NCBI GenBank assembly: GCA_016790695.1
Contig: JAEUOS010000179.1
Coordinates: forward strand, 14,297 to 78,296
Reading direction: 5' to 3'
DNA from: Burkholderiales bacterium
GTDB lineage: Bacteria > Pseudomonadota > Gammaproteobacteria > Burkholderiales > JAEUOS01
Length of the DNA stretch: 64,000 bases
Position 1 is the first letter of the stretch. Every line of letters begins with the position of its first letter. The notes beneath the pieces were generated by a model. That model saw only the letters and a list, made by a program, of their open reading frames with translations. It was not told the DNA's origin and did not search any database. A program made the translations under genes and the position numbers. Below, one piece after another: positions 58,606-64,000 of this stretch.

Positions 58606-59579
58606 GTCGCGAGTGCGCGCGGCAGCGGTGCCAGCGTGCGCAGGTAGGTGCTGCAGTCGTCCGGCAGCGGCGCCTCGAGGCGCAGGCGCGTGCCGTCGTC
58701 CGGGCGTACGAACGAGATTTTAGCCGCGTGCAGGAACATGCGCCTGAACCCCGCGCGGGAGGCGGCGCGATTGACCTCGGGATCGCCGTACTTGTCGTCG
58801 CCGACGATCGGATGTCCCGCCGCCGCCAGATGAACCCGGATCTGATGGGTGCGGCCGGTGCGCAGCTGCACCTCGAGCAGCGTCGCGTCGGCGAATCGGC
58901 GGGCCACGCTGACGACCGAGTGCGCGTCCTTCGCGTCCATGTCGGCCTCGTCGGTCGCGGCAACGCGCCGTTCGCCGCCGACGACGCGGCTCTTCAGCGC
59001 GCTCGTCAGGTGGTGCTTGGCGGCGTGCGGCCAGCGCCCGCGCGCCAGCGCGAGGTAGCGCTTGTCGACGCGGTGTTCGCGGATCAGCGCGTGCACCGCG
59101 ACGAGCATCGCGCGCTTCTTGGCGAGCAGCAGCACGCCCGAGGTGTCGCGATCCAGGCGGTGCGCCAGTTCCAGGAACGTCGCCTGCGGCCGGGCGGCAC
59201 GCAGCGCCTCGATGACGCCGAAGGCGAGGCCGCTGCCGCCGTGGACCGCAACCCCGGACGGCTTGTCGATCGCCAGCAGCGCGTCGTCCTCGAAAAGCAC
59301 GTGCAGGTCGCCACCGGCGCGCGCCGCCCCGGCGGCCGCGTGGCGGCCCGGATCGTCCAGCGCCAGCGGCGGCACGCGCACCCGGTCGTCCGCGGCGAGA
59401 CGGGTTTCCGGCCGCGCGCGGCCCTTGTTCACCCGCACTTCGCCGGAGCGGATGATCCGGTACACCAGGCTCGACGGCGCGCCCTTGAGCACCTTGTGCA
59501 GGAAGTTGTCCAGGCGCTGCCCCGCCGAATCCGGCCCGATTTCAAGGACTTTCGCGCCGGCCTTACCTAGATCGTTCAT
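58602..59579 (-). CDS. rluC: 23S rRNA pseudouridine synthase RluC (RluA family with S4 domain)
   Basis: 325 aa: QRLDNFLHKVL...S4 domain, with catalytic HRLDRDTSGVLLLAKK. Divergent from rne, as in E. coli. Confidence 0.9.
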   Translation of the reverse strand: MNDLGKAGAKVLEIGPDSAGQRLDNFLHKVLKGAPSSLVYRIIRSGEVRVNKGRARPETRLAADDRVRVPPLALDDPGRHAAAGAARAGGDLHVLFEDDALLAIDKPSGVAVHGGSGLAFGVIEALRAARPQATFLELAHRLDRDTSGVLLLAKKRAMLVAVHALIREHRVDKRYLALARGRWPHAAKHHLTSALKSRVVGGERRVAATDEADMDAKDAHSVVSVARRFADATLLEVQLRTGRTHQIRVHLAAAGHPIVGDDKYGDPEVNRAASRAGFRRMFLHAAKISFVRPDDGTRLRLEAPLPDDCSTYLRTLAPLPRALAT

Positions 59580-60114
59580 TTCTCATTATAATTCGACGGT
59601 CGGCGCAGTTCGGCCGGCCATCCAGCAAGCGTTATTGTCGTCGTCATTCCTCCTGCCGCGCCTGGCCCGGTGCCGTTGCACAGGCAGCGCCCGAAGCGCG
59701 GGATGGAGCGGGAGACGACTGTCCCGCCGATCGCCCTGCGCAACGGGCAGGCGCCGCAGACGACAACGGCTTCGACGCTGGGGCGCCCCCTGACCGGGGC
59801 GCGGCCGCCCCGCCACTGCGCAGACCGGCATGTCGCTCGCCAGATGTCATGACCTGAGCGATGTTAACGGCAAACGAATTCGCGCGCGCAACGCCCCTCT
59901 TTCGCGCCAGGTGCCCTGTCGGGCTCCCGGCCGCTACCTTCCCCAGTGACCCTCGTCTTCCTCTTCCTTGCGTTCTGCCTGGCCGGACTGATCTCCGCGG
60001 GCGGTCTCGCACGCATCGGCCCCGGCAGTCCTGCCTTGGCCGGCAGCGGCGCGCCGGGAGTGGAGGGCGGCCGGCCGCGGGCAAGGGGGCCCGAGCGAGC
60101 GCCGGGAGCAAAGC
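59580..60114 (+). promoter_or_regulatory. rluC-rne divergent control region, including a long putative rne 5' leader
   Basis: 535-nt non-coding gap ahead of rne. It contains only short Arg/Pro-rich ORFs and many GC hairpin-capable segments. Long autoregulatory rne leaders are established in E. coli. No specific element was mapped here. Confidence 0.5.
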
Positions 60115-62937
60115 ATGAAACGCATGTTGTTCAATGCGACGCACGCGGAAGAACTGCGCGTCGCCATTGTGGATGGCCAGAAGCTGGTCGATCTGGACAT
60201 CGAGATCGCCGGGCAGGAGCAGCGCAAGAGTAACATCTACAAGGGTGTCATCACCCGCATCGAGCCCTCGCTCGAGGCCTGCTTCGTCGACTACGGCGTC
60301 GACCGCCACGGCTTCCTGCCGTTCAAGGAAATCTCCCGCAGCTACTTCCGCGAGGGGGTCAGCGCGCGCGACGCGACCATCAAGGAGGCGCTGCGCGAAG
60401 GCCAGGAACTCCTGGTGCAGGTCGAGAAGGACGAGCGCGGCAACAAGGGTGCCGCGCTGACCACGTTCATCTCCCTCGCCGGACGCTACCTCGTCCTCAT
60501 GCCCAACAACCCGCGCGGCGGCGGGGTGTCGCGGCGCGTCGAAGGCGAGGACCGGCAGGAATTGAAGGAGGTCATGGACCAGTTGCAGTACCCGGACGGC
60601 ATGAGCCTGATCGCGCGCACCGCCGGCATCGGCCGCGAGGCGGCCGAGCTGCAATGGGACCTCAACTACCTGCTCAAGCTCTGGGACGCGATCAAGAGCG
60701 CCGCGGACTCGCTCAAGGGCGCCAACCTGATCTACCTCGAGTCGAGCCTGGTGATCCGCGCCATCCGCGACTACTTCTCGCCCGACATCGGCGAGATCCT
60801 GATCGACACCGACGACATCTACGAGCAGGCCAAGACGTTCATGTCGCTGGTCATGCCCGACACCGAGAGCCGGGTCAAGCGCTATCGCGACGACGTGCCG
60901 CTGTTCTCGCGCTTCCAGATCGAGCACCAGATCGAGTCGGCCTACGCGCGCACGGTGCAGCTGCCCTCCGGCGGCGCCATCGTCATCGACCACACCGAGG
61001 CGCTGGTCGCCATCGACGTCAATTCGGCGCGCGCCACGCGCGGCGGCGACATCGAGGAGACCGCGTTCCGCACCAACATGGAGGCCGCCGAGGAGGCGGC
61101 GCGCCAGCTGCGCCTGCGCGACATGGGCGGCCTCATCGTCATCGACTTCATCGACATGGAATCGGCGCGCAACCAGCGCGACGTCGAGCAGAAGCTCAAG
61201 GACGCCATGCGGCCCGACCGCGCCCGCGTGCAGATGGGCAAGATCTCGCGCTTCGGCCTGCTCGAGCTGTCGCGCCAGCGCCTGCGCCCGGCGCTGGCCG
61301 AGGCCAGCCACACCGTGTGCCCGCGCTGCAACGGCACCGGCCACATCCGCGACACCGAATCCTCGGCGCTCCACATCCTGCGCATGATCCAGGAGGAGGC
61401 GATGAAGGACAACACCGCGACCGTGCGCGCGCAGGTCCCGGTGGATGTCGCCACCTTCCTCCTCAATGAAAAGCGCCTCGAGATCAACCGCATCGAGGTG
61501 CGCAACCGCGTCAACGTGCTGCTGATCCCGAACATCCACCTCGAGACGCCGCACCACAAGATCGAGCGCCTGCGCTACGACGATCAGACCGACACCACCA
61601 AGGCGAGCTTCGAGCAGATGGACGCGCCGCCCGCCGACGGCTACCGCCGCAAGGAGCCGGGGGCACAGGTCAGCAAGCCGGAACCGGCCGTCAAGGGCAT
61701 CACACCCGAGGCGCCCGCACCGATGCGCGCCGCCGAGGTCGCGGCCGCGCCGGAAGCGCCGCCGCCAGCCCAGATGCCGGTGACCGCCGCCGGGCCGTTG
61801 GTGGCCCCGTCGCAGGAAACCACCGGATTGATCGGCCGCATCATGGGCTGGTTCAAGCCGCGCACCGAGCCGGCCGCTGCGGTTGCGCCGGCGGCTGCCG
61901 CGACCGCCGCGTCAGCAGCCGTCGCCGCCGGGCCCGGTGGCGAGGCGGCACCGGCGCGCGAGGCGCGCGGCCGGTCGCGCCGCGGTGAGCGTAGCGAGCG
62001 TGGTGAACGTGGCGAGCGTGGTGAGCGTGGCGAGCGTGGCGAGCGTCCGCCGCGTGGTCCGCGCGGCGAGCGCGATGGGCAACGCGGGGATCGCGGTGAA
62101 CGCCGGCGCGACGCAGCCGAAGGCGACAAGGCCGTACCGACGCCTGCGGACAGCGCGGAAGGAACGACCGGCCGTGCCGAGCGCGGCGAACGCGGCGACC
62201 GCGGCCGCCGGCGCGACCGGCCGCCGCGTCCCAATGGCGATGCGCGCCCGGCCGAGCCGGCAGCGGAAGGCGTGGCCGTGCAGCCACTGGCGGCGACACC
62301 TGCGGTCACACCGGCCGAAGGCGCCGAGAACGGCGCGACCGCGCCCGGCGATGCCCAGCGTGACGGCGAGGCACGGCGCGGCCGTGGCCGACGCGGTCGC
62401 CGCGGTCGCGGCCGCGATGGCCAGCGCGAAGGCGACCTGTTCGTCGATGGCGACGCCGCCGCGATGGCCGGCACCCCCGATGCGGGCGACGCAGCCGCCG
62501 ACGCCGCATCGCCGCCGGTGACGGCGGCCGAGGCGTCGCCCGACACACCCAGCGAACCCGCCGCGGTCGCCACCGCCGTCGCGCCGCACGTCGCCGTCCC
62601 GGTGCCGGCTGCCGAGCCCGCGTCGGTTGCCGCGCCGGCCGCGGTCGCCGCCGCGCCGGTGCCCGAGCCGGTGCCCGAGCCGGCACCGCGCGCGCCGCGC
62701 CCGCCCGTGGCCGCCGATCCCATCGTCATGCACGCGACGGCGGCCGAACGCGAGGCCGCGCGGCGCGCGATGCTCGAAGCCGCCGGCCTGGCCCTGGTCG
62801 AGACCGATCCGCAGAAATGGCGGTCGGCGTACGATCGGTCCGCACAGATCGTCGATGTGCCGCCGCCGCCGCGCGTCCTGCGGCCGCGGCCGCCGATCGA
62901 ACAGGGGCCGCTGATCCAGGTCGAAACCCGGCGCTAG
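60115..62937 (+). CDS. rne: Ribonuclease E
   Basis: 940 aa: [30 protein letters not shown]..., with the S1 domain, DNase-I-like catalytic core, CPRCNGTG Zn-link and a long Arg/Pro/Ala/Glu-rich scaffold tail. Confidence 0.96.
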   Translation: MKRMLFNATHAEELRVAIVDGQKLVDLDIEIAGQEQRKSNIYKGVITRIEPSLEACFVDYGVDRHGFLPFKEISRSYFREGVSARDATIKEALREGQELLVQVEKDERGNKGAALTTFISLAGRYLVLMPNNPRGGGVSRRVEGEDRQELKEVMDQLQYPDGMSLIARTAGIGREAAELQWDLNYLLKLWDAIKSAADSLKGANLIYLESSLVIRAIRDYFSPDIGEILIDTDDIYEQAKTFMSLVMPDTESRVKRYRDDVPLFSRFQIEHQIESAYARTVQLPSGGAIVIDHTEALVAIDVNSARATRGGDIEETAFRTNMEAAEEAARQLRLRDMGGLIVIDFIDMESARNQRDVEQKLKDAMRPDRARVQMGKISRFGLLELSRQRLRPALAEASHTVCPRCNGTGHIRDTESSALHILRMIQEEAMKDNTATVRAQVPVDVATFLLNEKRLEINRIEVRNRVNVLLIPNIHLETPHHKIERLRYDDQTDTTKASFEQMDAPPADGYRRKEPGAQVSKPEPAVKGITPEAPAPMRAAEVAAAPEAPPPAQMPVTAAGPLVAPSQETTGLIGRIMGWFKPRTEPAAAVAPAAAATAASAAVAAGPGGEAAPAREARGRSRRGERSERGERGERGERGERGERPPRGPRGERDGQRGDRGERRRDAAEGDKAVPTPADSAEGTTGRAERGERGDRGRRRDRPPRPNGDARPAEPAAEGVAVQPLAATPAVTPAEGAENGATAPGDAQRDGEARRGRGRRGRRGRGRDGQREGDLFVDGDAAAMAGTPDAGDAAADAASPPVTAAEASPDTPSEPAAVATAVAPHVAVPVPAAEPASVAAPAAVAAAPVPEPVPEPAPRAPRPPVAADPIVMHATAAEREAARRAMLEAAGLALVETDPQKWRSAYDRSAQIVDVPPPPRVLRPRPPIEQGPLIQVETRR
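61984..62046 (+). repeat. Seven tandem 9-bp units (GGYGARCGT-like) encoding (G/S)ER repeats in the RNase E tail
   Basis: ggtgagcgt agcgagcgt ggtgaacgt ggcgagcgt ggtgagcgt ggcgagcgt ggcgagcgt, giving [21 protein letters not shown]. Confidence 0.9.
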
Positions 62938-62944
62938 GCTGTCG

Positions 62945-62977
62945 CGTGGTCCCCGCGGCGCCGCCGCGGGGACCGCG
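62945..62977. terminator. GC-rich hairpin between convergent rne and the LMW-PTP gene (possible bidirectional terminator)
   Basis: CGTGGTCCCCGCGG-cgccg-CCGCGGGGACCGCG, a 14-bp stem with one G-U pair. No strong U-tract on either side. Confidence 0.4.
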
Positions 62978-62980
62978 TTC

Positions 62981-63544
62981 TCAGGACGGCACGCCGCCGC
63001 GCGCGAGGCGCGCGAGATCGCGGTCGATCAGGCCGTCGCAGGCATCCTCGATGTAGTCGAGGACCACTTCGAAGCCGTTCGGCCCCCCGTAGTACGGGTC
63101 GGGGACGATCTCCTGCGCCGGATAGCGCCGCGAATACCGCATCAGCAGACCCACCTTGTCCTGGTGCTCGGGCGGGCAACGCTCGGCGAGCGTCTCCAGG
63201 TTCTCCCGGTCCATCGCGAGCACGAAGTCGAAGCGCGCGAAGTCCTCGGTGCGCACGCGCCGTGCGCGCTGGCGCGAAAGATCGTAGCCGCGCCGGGCCG
63301 CATGCGCCTGCGCGCGCGGGTCGGGCGCGTTGCCGATGTGGTGCGCGTGGGTTCCCGCCGAATCGACCTCGATCAGCCCGGCCAGGCCGTGCCGCGCGAC
63401 CTTCTGCCGCAGCACGCCTTCCGCGGTCGGCGATCGGCAGATGTTGCCCATGCAGACGAACAGCACCTTCGCGCGTGCCTGCCCGCGCGGACCCGGGTCG
63501 GCATCGCGCTTGAACAGGCGGGTGACCGCGTCCTTGATCTCCAT
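62981..63544 (-). CDS. Low-molecular-weight protein-tyrosine phosphatase
   Basis: VLFVCMGNICRSPTAEG (C-x5-R-S P-loop), ...DPYYG. The ATG at 63544 gives a ~25-aa N-terminal extension before the conserved core. Confidence 0.88.
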   Translation of the reverse strand: MEIKDAVTRLFKRDADPGPRGQARAKVLFVCMGNICRSPTAEGVLRQKVARHGLAGLIEVDSAGTHAHHIGNAPDPRAQAHAARRGYDLSRQRARRVRTEDFARFDFVLAMDRENLETLAERCPPEHQDKVGLLMRYSRRYPAQEIVPDPYYGGPNGFEVVLDYIEDACDGLIDRDLARLARGGVPS

Positions 63545-63669
63545 CGCGGCATTATCCTCCAAGGCGCGCGCCGCCCCAGCGCCGCCTTCCGGCACACCGA
63601 CGGCCTGCCGGCGCCGCCGGCTACAATCCCCGCTCCCGTCCACCCGCCGCCAGGAACCGCCCCGCCGCC

Positions 63670-64000
63670 ATGCTGACCTTCTACTACAACCTCGCCCCCA
63701 ATCCGATGAAGGTCGCGCTCCTGCTCGAGGAACTCGGCCTGCCGTACGATCCGGTCCCGGTGGACACGCGCAAGGGCGAGCAGTTCTCGCCCGACTTCCT
63801 CAAGGTCAACCCGAATGCCAAGGTGCCGGCGATCGTCGATGGCGACGTGCGCGTCTTCGACAGCAACGCCATCCTGCTCTACCTCGCCGACCGCGAACGG
63901 CGCTTCGTCCCGCTGGAAGCGTCCAGCCCGGCGCGCGGCGAGCTGTTGTCCTGGCTGATGTTCATCGCCAGCGGCATCGGCCCGTTCTCCGGCCAGTCGG
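63670..64000 (+). CDS. Glutathione S-transferase family protein, N-terminal part (runs off right edge)
   Basis: Not in the ORF track. Manual translation from the ATG at 63670: MLTFYYNLAPNPMKVALLLEELGLPYDPVPVDTRKGEQFSPDFLKVNPNAKVPAIVDGDVRVFDSNAILLYLA, a thioredoxin-like GST N-domain. Confidence 0.8.
   Translation, partial: MLTFYYNLAPNPMKVALLLEELGLPYDPVPVDTRKGEQFSPDFLKVNPNAKVPAIVDGDVRVFDSNAILLYLADRERRFVPLEASSPARGELLSWLMFIASGIGPFSGQS

Noticed and set aside
59644-62729. Minus-strand ORFs of 637 aa (59644-61557) and 362 aa (61641-62729) opposite rne.
   Set aside because: They are antisense to RNase E. The second is simply the complement of the repetitive Arg/Glu/Pro/Ala tail (Ala/Gly/Ser/Pro/Arg-rich).

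Overview
This is a high-GC (about 70%) proteobacterial chromosomal segment with betaproteobacterial (Burkholderiales-like) gene order. Product calls rest on my recognition of motifs in the supplied translations. Nothing was searched or computed, and start codons are the least certain coordinates.

Most of the window is conserved housekeeping:
- 1-13.7 kb: skp-bamA-rseP-dxr-cdsA-uppS-frr-pyrH-tsf-rpsB on the minus strand, diverging from map-glnD.
- 17-19 kb: dapB and bamE, diverging from fur.
- 32-34.7 kb: clpB.
- 36.8-44.2 kb: a minus-strand chain of aminotransferase, hom, lipoprotein, thrC, mobB, moeA, moaD, moaE and crcB, tightly coupled from hom onward.
- 44.8-51.9 kb: a complete L-Ara4N lipid A modification (arn) cluster with a split arnA.
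- 52-64 kb: bcp, PIN-PhoH, phaZ, a SET-domain gene, sppA, a Rieske gene, a HAD gene, rluC diverging from rne, an LMW-PTP gene and a partial GST gene.

A more accessory stretch at 19.2-31.5 kb carries a two-component system, a membrane/2Fe-2S/class III cyclase fusion, an MlaC-like protein, an SDR, a sulfatase, a LysR regulator, a Bug/TctC binding protein, a MOSC protein, a voltage-gated-like channel and GDH.

I saw no rRNA, tRNA, CRISPR array, transposase or integrase. I cannot point to a clearly undescribed multi-gene system. The best candidates for follow-up are:
1. A three-gene Anbu (proteasome-like) / alpha-E / circularly permuted ATP-grasp operon without the usual transglutaminase (13.8-17.0 kb).
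2. The membrane-His-rich / 2Fe-2S ferredoxin / nucleotide cyclase fusion behind a two-component system (19.8-23.5 kb).
3. A Ser/Thr kinase fused to a cyclic-nucleotide-binding domain, paired with an unrecognisable 183-aa protein (34.9-36.8 kb).
4. A small SET-domain methyltransferase (56.1-56.6 kb).

Many long ORFs in the six-frame track are antisense or read-through artefacts of the high GC content and were rejected.
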